From contig CAZJVP010000030.1 in assembly GCA_964549615.1 (NCBI GenBank), positions 1 through 64,000 of the forward strand: 64,000 nucleotides of DNA, read 5' to 3'. Positions 19,819 to 29,296 of this stretch are shown here, piece after piece. The notes beneath the pieces are model-generated. The model was given only the letters and a program-made list of their open reading frames with translations, did no database searches and was not told the DNA's origin. This DNA is from an uncultured Thermococci archaeon. Its GTDB lineage: Archaea > CAYQAE01 > CAYVLA01. Position numbers and translations under genes: made by a program. Every line of letters begins with the position of its first letter. Positions within the stretch are counted from its first letter, which is position 1.

Positions 19819-21087
19819 CTACTCGCCTCGCAGTCGTTGGGTGAGCATGGCTATCTCCGCATCGGCCATGCCGAGTGATCTGAGCATTGACTCAGCCATC
19901 TCCGGACGCTTGTCGTGGATGACTTTTAGATACGGCATGAAGTCGGAAAGCACGGTCCTCGTGGACATGTGGCATCTCGCCCCTATCGTCCGAAGCGCGT
20001 CCATGACAGAGGCTTCGCCCTCCGTCACCTTCGCCTGGGCAAGAGACGCGAGCACGGACATCCTTGCCCGGTGTTGAACGTACGCCCGGGGCGGAACGTA
20101 CCGGTACGGCCCGAGGGATCCCCGCCCCGCCTCCGCGATTGACCCGACGCCCCGGGTCATGATGTCCGTGGCGTATCCCCAGAAGCCCCAATGCATCCTG
20201 CGATACACTCGCGCGAGCTGGATGTCGGCCAACGACGCCATCTCGTAGGCGTAAGCGCGGCTAGCGTCGTCGGCGTAACGCACCGGGATGTTCTCAGCTA
20301 TCCATTCGAGCAGCTGCTCGGGCGGAAGGTCAAGGTCCCTCGCGTACTCCGCTGCCTCACGGTAGCCGTCGAAGATCATGTCCAAGGCCCGGAAGATGCT
20401 GCCTTCGCCTTTCCTCTTCTGCGGCACGCGCACGGACTCCCTGGAGACCTTTCCATCAATCGACACCGCCTCCAGGTCATTTATCGCAGACCGGAGGTCT
20501 CCCTCTGCCCTCTCGGCCATCAGGTTGAGGGCTAGGAAGTCCGGCTCAACACCTTCCTTGCGCGAGATCTCGCGCAGCACTGCCGCTATCGCGTCCTTCC
20601 TCGTCTTGCCGAACTGGATCGGCTTAGCCATGCTCCTTAGATACCTGAGCTTGGGTGAGTAGAGATCGTTGCAGATCAGGATGATGGGATTGACCGTGTT
20701 CCTCACCATCTCGCACAATGCCCGAACACCGCCCTTGTCCTCGGTTCCGCTCATGCCGTCGACCTCATCGATGACGTAGAGCTTCAGCGGCTTGCCTGAG
20801 AAGCTGTACCTGGTCCTGCACGACCTGGACACCTCCTCCAGGCTTGACTGCGACCTCTTGTCGCTCGCATTGATCTCCAAGACGTCCCAGTTCATCTCAG
20901 CTCCCAGGGCCAATGCCGCCGTCGTCTTCCCGGTTCCCGCTGGTCCGAAGAGTAGGATCGCCTTCTGTCTGGGAGTCCCCTTTGACCATTCCTTGGCCCA
21001 CTTCCGCATCTGGGCGACTGCCTCGTCCTGTCCCCGAACCTCGGAGAGAAGCCTCGGCCGGTGCTTCTCAGCCCACAATTCATTCAC
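19819..21087 (-). CDS. rfcL: Replication factor C large subunit
   Basis: WAEKHRP, GPAGTGKT, EINASDKR, IDEVDG, GDLRSAINDL, WIAEN, ADIQL.R...W.FW.YA. Confidence 0.92.
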   Translation of the reverse strand: MNELWAEKHRPRLLSEVRGQDEAVAQMRKWAKEWSKGTPRQKAILLFGPAGTGKTTAALALGAEMNWDVLEINASDKRSQSSLEEVSRSCRTRYSFSGKPLKLYVIDEVDGMSGTEDKGGVRALCEMVRNTVNPIILICNDLYSPKLRYLRSMAKPIQFGKTRKDAIAAVLREISRKEGVEPDFLALNLMAERAEGDLRSAINDLEAVSIDGKVSRESVRVPQKRKGEGSIFRALDMIFDGYREAAEYARDLDLPPEQLLEWIAENIPVRYADDASRAYAYEMASLADIQLARVYRRMHWGFWGYATDIMTRGVGSIAEAGRGSLGPYRYVPPRAYVQHRARMSVLASLAQAKVTEGEASVMDALRTIGARCHMSTRTVLSDFMPYLKVIHDKRPEMAESMLRSLGMADAEIAMLTQRLRGE

Positions 21088-22046
21088 CCGAGCGAGCAGA
21101 TCTGAGCGACCAAGCTCTCACACTGCAACAGATCGTTGCTCCCCTCAACGAGCCTGAACTCGTACTCGGCCAACAACTTCAGAAGGTCTGCCAGCTTTTC
21201 CCTCTCGATCTCCATCCGCAGGGCCTCGCGGTGCATCTGGCTCACGAGATCCACCCCCGACAGCCCCTGTTCGATCATGATCGTCCTCAGCTGCTGCCGC
21301 GCCTTGTCGAAATTGCCCTGCAGGCTCAGGGCGAGGAGGTGCCTTATGTCGCCCGGATTGGCCTCTCCGGATATCTTGTAGATCATCTCGCTAGTGATCC
21401 TTTCCCCAAAGGAATGGGCCGCCTGCAGCAGGTTGGTCGCCTGCCTCATGTCGCCCTGGGAAACGTAGAAGATGGCATCCAGCGCGGCTTCGTCGACATC
21501 CAGCCCTTCCGCCATCGCTATGCGCCTGAGAACCGGGATCAAGTCTTCGCGTTTGAGGGGGGTGAACCTCAGGATGACGCACCGCGACTGGATGGGGGGA
21601 ATGAGTTTGCTCGAGTAGTTGCACGAGAGTATGAATCTGCTCGTCGCAGTGTACTGCTCCATTTCCCTCCGAAGGGCGTGTTGGCTGTCGCTCGTGATGT
21701 TATCAACCTCGTCGAGAAACACTATCCTGAACGGAGAACCACCCAGAACCATCGAGCGGCAGAAGGTCTTGATCTTGGTGCGGACGACGTCGATCCCCCT
21801 CTCGTCTGACGCGTTTAACTCAAGGAAGTTGTTTCTCCAGTCATCGCCAAGGATCTTCCGAGCGAGGATCAGGGCGCACGTGGTCTTGCCGACGCCGGCC
21901 GGCCCCGCGAATATCAGGTGCGACATCCTTTTTTGAGACACGAATGAAGAGAGGATCCGCACGACATCGGCCTGTCCGGCGACCTGCGCGAGCTCTGTAG
22001 GTCGGTACTTCTCGATCCAAGGCAGCTCGCTCTGCAACTGCATCAC
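21084..22046 (-). CDS. rfcS: Replication factor C small subunit
   Basis: PWIEKYRP, GPAGVGKTT, LELNASDERGIDVVR, LDEVD, SCNYSSK, IQSRC; no intein. Confidence 0.95.
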   Translation of the reverse strand: MMQLQSELPWIEKYRPTELAQVAGQADVVRILSSFVSQKRMSHLIFAGPAGVGKTTCALILARKILGDDWRNNFLELNASDERGIDVVRTKIKTFCRSMVLGGSPFRIVFLDEVDNITSDSQHALRREMEQYTATSRFILSCNYSSKLIPPIQSRCVILRFTPLKREDLIPVLRRIAMAEGLDVDEAALDAIFYVSQGDMRQATNLLQAAHSFGERITSEMIYKISGEANPGDIRHLLALSLQGNFDKARQQLRTIMIEQGLSGVDLVSQMHREALRMEIEREKLADLLKLLAEYEFRLVEGSNDLLQCESLVAQICSLG

Positions 22047-22246
22047 CCGGGCCGCGGACTCTTGGGCGGCCCAAATAAAAATGGGTCCCGTCATCTTCCA
22101 ACCGGGTAGCCGATTTGAGGCCCCTGCCGCGGGCGAGGATGTCCCACACCACTCCAAGAACGCATGAGCAGGGCTCTTGGGAAGGGTACACCGTCCTCCC
22201 GCGGCGCTGCAATATTAAAGAGCCAGCCAATGAGAGCCGTCGCGGT

Positions 22247-23509
22247 GTGAAGTTGCAGTACAAGGTGAAGAACCTTCGTCTCTCGAAGGCGGGCGATCTC
22301 TCCGTGGAGTGGGCCGAGAGGAACATGCCCGTCTTGCGGAGCATATCTTCCGAGCTTCAATCCAAGAAGTCCCTAACCGGGATTCGCATTGCCGCTTGCC
22401 TGCACATCACCAAGGAGACCGGGGCCCTCGTGCTCGCCCTTCAGAGCGGGGGCGCCCAGGTCTCTCTCTGCCCCTCCAACCCGCTCAGCACCCAGGACGA
22501 TGTGGCAGCCTCGCTGGCGAGACGAGGCATCATGGTCTATGGCTGGAAGGGACTGAGCACGAGCGAGTACTACCGTTGCATAGACCGAGCATGCAGGATA
22601 CGCCCACACATACTGCTGGACGACGGAGCCGATCTGATATCGTACGTGCACAGGGTCAGCCCTTCCTGGATGGGGGAGGTGATGGGGGGACAGGAAGAGA
22701 CGACGACGGGCGTGATCAGGTTTAGGTCCATGGAGGCGAAGGGAGTGCTGAAGTTCCCGGTCATAGCCGTCAACGACGCGAAGGTCAAGTGGGAGATGGA
22801 CAACGTTTTCGGCACAGGGCAGTCGGCCCTGCACGGGATCCTCAACGGAGCGAAGATCCTCATCGCGGGAAAGACCGTGGTCGTCTGCGGCTACGGGCAC
22901 TGCGGAAGGGGGATAGCGATGAGGGCGAGGGGGCTGGGAGCCCACGTCGTGGTGACGGAGGTGGATCCACACAGGGCGCTTGCCGCTTCGCTTGAGGGCT
23001 ACAGGGTCATGCCGATGGAGGAGGCCGCCGCGCTGGGGGACGTCTTCATCACGGCCACGGGCAACAGGGACGTGATCAGGGCAGCCCACATGGAGAAGAT
23101 GAAGGACGGGGCGATCCTGTGCAACGCAGGCCACTTCAACGTCGAGATCTCCCTCCCCGACCTTGAATCGCTCACCGAGGCGCGGCGCGAGATACAGCCG
23201 ATGGTTGAGGAGCGGACGCTGGCAAACGGCCGAAGGGTGATCCTCCTAGCGGAAGGTCGATTGGTGAACCTTTCCCTAGCGTATGGGCACCCCAGCGAGG
23301 TCATGGACATGAGCTTCTCGGTCCATGCCTTGACGGCGGTCTGGCTGAAGGAAAAACACTCCGAGCTTGACCGCGGACGCGTCCACAGAGTACCTCAAGA
23401 GATCGATGACGAGGTCGCGCGCCGAAAGCTCCAGACCATGGGGCTGAGGATCGACGAGATGACCGAGCAGCAGAAGGAGTACATGCGTGCCTGGGAGCTG
23501 GGGACCTAG
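22247..23509 (+). CDS. ahcY: Adenosylhomocysteinase
   Basis: WAERNMPVL, CLHITKET, NPLSTQDD, DDGADL, EETTTG, GYGHCG.G, NAGHFN.EI, GRLVNL, GHPSEVMDMSF. Confidence 0.96.
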   Translation: MKLQYKVKNLRLSKAGDLSVEWAERNMPVLRSISSELQSKKSLTGIRIAACLHITKETGALVLALQSGGAQVSLCPSNPLSTQDDVAASLARRGIMVYGWKGLSTSEYYRCIDRACRIRPHILLDDGADLISYVHRVSPSWMGEVMGGQEETTTGVIRFRSMEAKGVLKFPVIAVNDAKVKWEMDNVFGTGQSALHGILNGAKILIAGKTVVVCGYGHCGRGIAMRARGLGAHVVVTEVDPHRALAASLEGYRVMPMEEAAALGDVFITATGNRDVIRAAHMEKMKDGAILCNAGHFNVEISLPDLESLTEARREIQPMVEERTLANGRRVILLAEGRLVNLSLAYGHPSEVMDMSFSVHALTAVWLKEKHSELDRGRVHRVPQEIDDEVARRKLQTMGLRIDEMTEQQKEYMRAWELGT

Positions 23510-23812
23510 AGGGACCTGAAATCTCCCGGCCACTTAGGTCCGGACGAGCTCATCAGGCACCCGGCAACCTTCATGGCCTCCCAAACGAGAATCCCTTGCG
23601 AACTGGATGCCAGCCCAAAAGTAGGCCAAAGCCTCGTCCAATTCCCGACACGATTGCCCACGAGACATCGTTGGAGGCCACGGTGAGCGTTCTTGCATCT
23701 AGGTTTTGGGAAACCGTCTCAGCGAGTCGCGGAAGGCAGCTAAACTCTTTATCAATCGGACGGCAATCCGTTGACGCACCATAATCCATGCTTTCGCACC
23801 CGTACATCTAGG

Positions 23813-24616
23813 ATGAAGGGCTACCTGCCGTCCGGCATACCCAAGTTTGATGAGTGGTTCAGGATTCCGTCCCCCGGATACACGGTCTTCTGGGTCATGC
23901 CAGAGACCTCCGCCGACCCCGCATCGTTCATCGCCAACTGGATAATCTCATCCATCCCCAAGGCAAAGTCCTTCCTCGCTCACTGCACGCGTTCCAACAT
24001 CGACGGATTCATGAAGGGGCTGTCGTCCCTTAACCCCCGCTGTGCATCCGGCCTACTGTCCCTTGGACCCAACATGCATTTCTTGGACTCATACTCGGTC
24101 AAGCTGGAACTTTTCGGCGAGCCTTTGAAACACTACAACTCCTTGGACATCCGGTACGTCACGGACGTCTCCAACCTCAGGGGCGCAGGAACCGTTTCCT
24201 ACGTCCTCAGGGAGCTGCGGGAGGAGTGCTCGCTCAACAACTTCGTGGGCATCGAGAACAGCCTCACTGACCTCGCAATGGACATGGGCGAATCCCAGCA
24301 CATCAGGCTTTTCTCGGAGATTGTGTCGAAGGTCGTATCCAGGCACGGCACCATGATCGGAATCGCGGACTGGTACTCCCATGGGGAGATCTACAAGGCC
24401 AACATAATACACATAGCGAACGCGTCGATACTCTGGGGGATCACGTCGGGAAGCAGCAAGACGAAGTACCTGCTGCCCATCAAGAGGGACGGCGTTTGCC
24501 CGGCTTCCCTCTACGAGCCACAGCCCTACGATGTGGGCCCATCGGGGCTGCGGATCCTTGAGGTCAAGCCAAATGCTCAGAGGGTACCGGAAGATCCTGG
24601 CAGCTGCTACCTCTGA
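23813..24616 (+). CDS. RAD55/KaiC-like RecA-fold protein with degenerate P-loop
   Basis: SGIPKFD N-terminus, FLDSYS, IENSLTDL, C-terminal KYLLPIK..PYDVGPSGLRI; no GxxxxGKT. Confidence 0.55.
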   Translation: MKGYLPSGIPKFDEWFRIPSPGYTVFWVMPETSADPASFIANWIISSIPKAKSFLAHCTRSNIDGFMKGLSSLNPRCASGLLSLGPNMHFLDSYSVKLELFGEPLKHYNSLDIRYVTDVSNLRGAGTVSYVLRELREECSLNNFVGIENSLTDLAMDMGESQHIRLFSEIVSKVVSRHGTMIGIADWYSHGEIYKANIIHIANASILWGITSGSSKTKYLLPIKRDGVCPASLYEPQPYDVGPSGLRILEVKPNAQRVPEDPGSCYL

Positions 24617-24774
24617 GCTTCCTTCTTGCTTCCAAGGTCCACAAGCCGCACGCTATGGATCGATCCGTTCACGCCACACCACGCATGCGGGAAGCTCACG
24701 TGGGCAAGGCTGCCAGAGGTTAACCGCCATAAGTCCTGAACCATTTATATCCGCCAATCGGCGGTGGCTGCCGA

Positions 24775-25128
24775 ATGCCCGCCCAAGACGGTCATTACAT
24801 TCGGAACTACAAGGAAGCCCCTCTCTTCAGGCCGGGCGGCTCGCACAGACAGATGCTGTCCCATGTCTGCCTAGGTCAAAAGACGGGCTGCGAGAGGCTC
24901 ACGATCGACGTGCACAGGTATGGGCCGGGCGCGCATTCGGTCACGAACGTCCACACCAACTGCGAGCAGGTCTACTTCGTGATGGGAGGCGAAGGCGAGG
25001 CAACCGTAGGGCAGGAAACACACAGAGTGCGAAAAGGATCCGTGGTCTTCATACCCCGAAACGCACCCCACTCGATCAGGAGGACCCGAGGCGAGCTTAC
25101 CCTCCTCTTCGTCTCGGTTTCTCTTTGA
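24775..25128 (+). CDS. Cupin domain protein
   Basis: HTNCEQVYFVMGGEG...GSVVFIPRNAPHSI; TATA TTTATA near 24745. Confidence 0.85.
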   Translation: MPAQDGHYIRNYKEAPLFRPGGSHRQMLSHVCLGQKTGCERLTIDVHRYGPGAHSVTNVHTNCEQVYFVMGGEGEATVGQETHRVRKGSVVFIPRNAPHSIRRTRGELTLLFVSVSL

Positions 25129-25208
25129 GCACCCGTGGCGTCAACCCCTTTTGCTCCGAGCGCCGGGCGCTTTAGCCGTCAAACGCCCCCGCAAAGCCGA
25201 CGACCATA

Positions 25209-26852
25209 CTACGGTGGCCCGACCTGCCAGATCTCATCGTATCCATGTATCGGTCGCAGCGATGCCCTTGCAACGATCTTGTAGGAGGAAATGCCCTTCC
25301 CGAAACTCATCGTGACGCGGAAAGTCTTGCAGTTCGCAGGCCAGCTGGAAATGTCCTCCAAGATCGAACCATAGCCATAGATGCAGTCCAGAGGCTCAGC
25401 CCAGTACTCCAGGAACATGAACATCGGCGTATCCTTCGTGCTGACGCAGACCTTGACGTCGGCAGAGACGACCGAGGGCTTCCCGCAACTCCTCGAGATC
25501 ACCGTCACATTAGCGATCTCCAAGCGAAGGCTTATGTTCGCCAACCCCTGGTAGAGGGCTTTCCAGCGTGCAGCCTCCGCCAACGCATCGTCCAACTCGG
25601 ATTGGCGAGCCAGATAAAGGGTCCTCCAATAGTTCACCTCCGACTGGCATTCCGACAGGTGGACGTTCACCGTCTGGTACAGCAGGATCCAGGCATCCCT
25701 CTCCGACCGAACCCGGGCGAGCACGGCACTGAGGTTTTCGTACATCGATCTCCAGTACCTTGCATCCTCCACCGACGCGTTGTACCTGAGATGGAGGGCT
25801 TGGTATGCGGTCCGCCAGCGGTCCAGGTCCGCTGTCATCGTTTCCAGGTCCGCGGCGAGACGATCGTAGAGGCTTCTCAGTTCCCTGTAGTCCAAGTTGC
25901 TCTTGTTCAGTGCGGCAGCGAGCCTTTCGCACCTTGATCTGCACTCTTCCATCTCCCTCAAGGCTTGCTCCAGCCTACGAACCTCCTCCTCATAGAGACC
26001 CTTGTACCTCTCGACCAAAGCGCGGCTCATCTTCAGCTCGCAGAGGAGGTCATTGTAGGAGGTTTCCAGCTCCCGGAACCGCACCACCCAGGCATCCCTC
26101 TCGCTGGTCATCTGACGAAGATCCGAGCTTGAGACCTCCAAGAGGCACGTGAGCCTGATGATCTCAATGGTCCTGTTCATGAGTTCCTTTTCCAGAATCT
26201 CCCTGTCGGCGGCTGTCTCGTTGAACCGCCTTTTCAGCTCTTCGAGATCATCCTTGAGACCGGCGTACATTATCTGGAGGCAGTCCAAGCTACTCTTGGT
26301 CGCAAAGTACTTCCACTTCCAGTCCTCGCTTTCATTCCTGGCGTTGTCGAGCTCCATCTCCAACGCCTCCTTCTGCGAAACCGTCAGGTTCAGGACGAAC
26401 TCCGTCCGCCAGTACTTGGATTCCCATTCCGCGCTCCTCTTCGCCGAAAGCTCCAGTTCGGAGCTGCACCGGACGAGATCCTCCGAACACGACTCGGCCT
26501 TGGCCTTCCAGGCATCAGCCTCATCCCGCGTCTTGTTCAGAAGCTCGGTTCTATTCCGGTAGAGAGCCCAAAGCCGGTCGTACTGATCGGCCTTGTCCCT
26601 GTACGCGCGGCGCCAAGGGGCCTTCTCGCCTTTCACGGTTCCGAACAGTCCCGACAGGTATGCGAGATAGAGCAGGGCTGCTAGTGATACCAGGGCGACG
26701 ACCACCACAAGGCAAGTTCGAAGCCGACTCCGGGCCCGCCTTGGCTTGGAGACGTGAACTGGAACACTTGGAGCCAGATCACCCGGCCGGGCGCGCCTAG
26801 CCTCTATTTCGCGCATGATCTGGAGAAAGTCAAGATCCAGTTCGGAGGCCAT
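25209..26852 (-). CDS. Membrane-anchored long coiled-coil surface protein with C-terminal globular domain
   Basis: Single N-terminal TM helix, about 370 aa of heptad pattern, more than 10 N-x-S/T sequons, beta-rich C-terminus. Confidence 0.75.
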   Translation of the reverse strand: MASELDLDFLQIMREIEARRARPGDLAPSVPVHVSKPRRARSRLRTCLVVVVALVSLAALLYLAYLSGLFGTVKGEKAPWRRAYRDKADQYDRLWALYRNRTELLNKTRDEADAWKAKAESCSEDLVRCSSELELSAKRSAEWESKYWRTEFVLNLTVSQKEALEMELDNARNESEDWKWKYFATKSSLDCLQIMYAGLKDDLEELKRRFNETAADREILEKELMNRTIEIIRLTCLLEVSSSDLRQMTSERDAWVVRFRELETSYNDLLCELKMSRALVERYKGLYEEEVRRLEQALREMEECRSRCERLAAALNKSNLDYRELRSLYDRLAADLETMTADLDRWRTAYQALHLRYNASVEDARYWRSMYENLSAVLARVRSERDAWILLYQTVNVHLSECQSEVNYWRTLYLARQSELDDALAEAARWKALYQGLANISLRLEIANVTVISRSCGKPSVVSADVKVCVSTKDTPMFMFLEYWAEPLDCIYGYGSILEDISSWPANCKTFRVTMSFGKGISSYKIVARASLRPIHGYDEIWQVGPP

Positions 26853-26957
26853 GGAGAGTTACACCCTCGATCTACTCGGACGCGGCCCTTTTCGTTTAAG
26901 TCTATCCCCGGTTCGCCCAACAAGGATTCCAATGGTTGACCATCGCCGTCCGAAACC

Positions 26958-27317
26958 TCAAACCTGAGACGATCCCGCTGGCCGGGGCAAAGAACGTTCC
27001 GATCCTTGGAGATTCTCCTCGATCACATATTCCGCGCGGTAGCCCATCGTTCCCGAGGGTTGGAAGGAGTGCAACCTGACCTCGACGCCTAGCAAGTCGG
27101 ATGCCTCGATCGCGAAGTCCTCCATGTGGTCGTATGAGCCGCAAGACCTGCATGAGCTTCCCCGGAAGGATACGACGAGCTGCCTGCCGTCGAGCCTTTC
27201 CAACCGAGCAACGATCTCGGGTCTCCGATAGCGATTGTAGCGCAGAATGGCCGCCCTAACGCGTTCCGACACGGAACCCGCCCTTCGTCTTGTTCGCAAC
27301 GCCGGCCTCCTTAGCAT
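26958..27317 (-). CDS. Small archaeal hypothetical protein with CxxC (start may be 27272)
   Basis: YNRYRRPE...VVSFRG.SCRSCG.YD..EDF; co-oriented with the neighbouring operon. Confidence 0.65.
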   Translation of the reverse strand: MLRRPALRTRRRAGSVSERVRAAILRYNRYRRPEIVARLERLDGRQLVVSFRGSSCRSCGSYDHMEDFAIEASDLLGVEVRLHSFQPSGTMGYRAEYVIEENLQGSERSLPRPAGSSQV

Positions 27318-27326
27318 ACTATCGTC

Positions 27327-27680
27327 TCAGATCCGCGGCCGAATCTTGGAAAGGATCTCGCCCAATGGAATCGGTCGCCTCAGGACTTCCCCAAAGCTCT
27401 CAAGCTCGGATGGAATCTGGCCCCGCGCCCCAGCGATGAAGAATAGGGGACACCTGTCCGACAGATCCTTAATCCAGCCCAAGTTCTCGGGATTCGTGGT
27501 GTCCCTGGAGATGTCGATGATCGTGGCGGAAGGAACGCGTCCCCCTAGATGGATCCAGTGGCATGCATCCCTGATGGCCTGAAACGAGTGAACTTGATAT
27601 CCCTCCCGCGCTAGCCGTGCCTTCAGACTCGACCATGCGGCCGCATCGCGGCTGATCACGACGACTGCCTTTCCCGCCAT
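27327..27680 (-). CDS. Atypical receiver (CheY-like) domain protein
   Basis: AVVVISRD..L...L..EGYQV, PSATIID, LRRPIPLGEIL; abuts the upstream gene. Confidence 0.55.
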   Translation of the reverse strand: MAGKAVVVISRDAAAWSSLKARLAREGYQVHSFQAIRDACHWIHLGGRVPSATIIDISRDTTNPENLGWIKDLSDRCPLFFIAGARGQIPSELESFGEVLRRPIPLGEILSKIRPRI

Positions 27681-28490
27681 CTACCCCACCACCACAATTC
27701 CACGCCTGCTGCACTCCCTCTGGATCCTCGTAGCCGCCTCAGAATAGATGCTTGGGTCAGGACTCAAATAGGCTTGCTGAAGCTCGGGGAAGCGGGACAA
27801 AAGGAAGGGCCTCAGCCGGGCCCAGATGCCCGGCTTGGGCCGAAAAGGGTCGAAGCCCACCTTCTTGATCCCCGCTGCAGCGAGCTTCTCGATCAGGATC
27901 TCCAGTTCCCCCGGCCGCGTGGTGATGCCGGGCATGATGGGAGCTATGAAGGCCCACGGTCGAAGGCCGGCGTCGCTGGCTTGGGCCATTGCCCTCAGCC
28001 TATCATCGAGGGACGATGCTCCGGGTTCCATCTCCCTGCGGATGCTCTCGTCTGAGCACGTGATGCTGAAGCCCAGCTCGAACTCCGAGAATCGCTTCAT
28101 CAGATCATAATCCCTGGTCACCAACGCCGATTTGGTGAGAAGCGATACTGGCACGTCGGCCTTCGCCAACTGCTCCAAGCACCTGCGGGTCAGGCAGTAT
28201 TTTGCCTCAGCTGGCTGGTAGGCGTCCGTGACGCTCCCCAGCCAGACCGGCCCTTTTTCCTTTCTTGCCAGTTCCCGCGCGAGGACGGTCGGCATATTGA
28301 CTCTCACGTCCACGAAGCTGCCCCAGGTCCTCTCCTCCCTGAGGACGGCGGGCGAGTAACAGTAGACGCACCCGTGCTGGCAGCCTCTGTACGGGTTCAC
28401 GGAGTACCTGAAGCCGGCTAGGCCACAGTGCCCAAGTCCGCTCCGACTCGTGACCTCCCGGATGATCGTGCCCGCCAACCTAGTGCTCAT
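27681..28490 (-). CDS. Radical SAM protein, SplB/spore-photoproduct-lyase-like
   Basis: SVNPYRGCQHGCVYCY, GSVTDAYQPAE, LTKS.LV.RD, EPGA. Confidence 0.85.
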   Translation of the reverse strand: MSTRLAGTIIREVTSRSGLGHCGLAGFRYSVNPYRGCQHGCVYCYSPAVLREERTWGSFVDVRVNMPTVLARELARKEKGPVWLGSVTDAYQPAEAKYCLTRRCLEQLAKADVPVSLLTKSALVTRDYDLMKRFSEFELGFSITCSDESIRREMEPGASSLDDRLRAMAQASDAGLRPWAFIAPIMPGITTRPGELEILIEKLAAAGIKKVGFDPFRPKPGIWARLRPFLLSRFPELQQAYLSPDPSIYSEAATRIQRECSRRGIVVVG

Positions 28491-28515
28491 CCGTGATCAA
28501 GGTTTGGGGCGACGC

Positions 28516-29100
28516 TCATTCGAGCAGGAGCGCTTCCCTCAGAGCGGGGGTCAGCGACTTGAGAGGGATTACAGCCTCTCCGGAGATGAGCACGTGCTCG
28601 GTGGCCAAGAGGGGTCCCAGCATGCTGGCGGCCTGGGGCTTCCAGCCCGTGGACATCCAAGTCACGAAACGCTTGGATCCGTATTCTCCCACCTTCGGCA
28701 CCAGGTCCGGAAAGTCCTTCAACAGGGTCTCTCCCTGCTTCCGATACGTCTCCAGCACCGGGGGAACCTGTTTCCCGGACTCAACAAGCCCGGCGATCAG
28801 GGCACAGCGGTGAAGCTCGAGTCTCTTGGACAGCTTTCCGACGAGCTCATAGTAGATGTTCTTGCCAACCGGCGAGTCCGTCTCCGTCTTCAGGACGTCC
28901 CCCTTGAGAACCAGTATCTTGATGTAGATCCTGTATGTGCGGCTTGACAGCACGAGCGGCTCTGCCCTCCATCGGTGCTTTCTGCCGCACACCTCGCCCT
29001 CTAGAACATCGCTCCTCACCCTGCCCCCAAGGCGAAAGAGGGCATCCCTGATCAGCGCGTACTTGTCCTCAGGTTCCAGAATCTCCTCCATTTTCGACAC
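28516..29100 (-). CDS. Hypothetical protein, possible N-terminal winged helix
   Basis: Fills the gap upstream of the radical SAM gene; GAAGG SD and TTTATAA box near 29152. Confidence 0.55.
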   Translation of the reverse strand: MSKMEEILEPEDKYALIRDALFRLGGRVRSDVLEGEVCGRKHRWRAEPLVLSSRTYRIYIKILVLKGDVLKTETDSPVGKNIYYELVGKLSKRLELHRCALIAGLVESGKQVPPVLETYRKQGETLLKDFPDLVPKVGEYGSKRFVTWMSTGWKPQAASMLGPLLATEHVLISGEAVIPLKSLTPALREALLLE

Positions 29101-29296
29101 CTGGCGCCTTCCTTTTCCGATCGGCTCCGTGCACCGCTCACCCCTTGCCGCTTATAAATCGCTGTCCCAGGGATCCAGCCCATCGCTTGAGGTCGCGTCG
29201 CGTCTCGGGCGTATTCCGGCCTTGGACTGGGAATTTGGCCCGAGCAAAGGTTGTCGTCGTTCACCAGCTCTTCAGCCCAAGACGGGCAAGCCAACC

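Noticed and set aside
22198-22245. SAH riboswitch upstream of ahcY (CCGCGGCGCTGCAA)
   Set aside because: Only a partial match to the consensus, no pairing partner, and it overlaps the probable TATA region.
23530-23700. Possible ~54-aa minus-strand ORF (..ELDEALAYFWAGIQFARD..)
   Set aside because: No recognisable motif or clear SD, so it cannot be supported.
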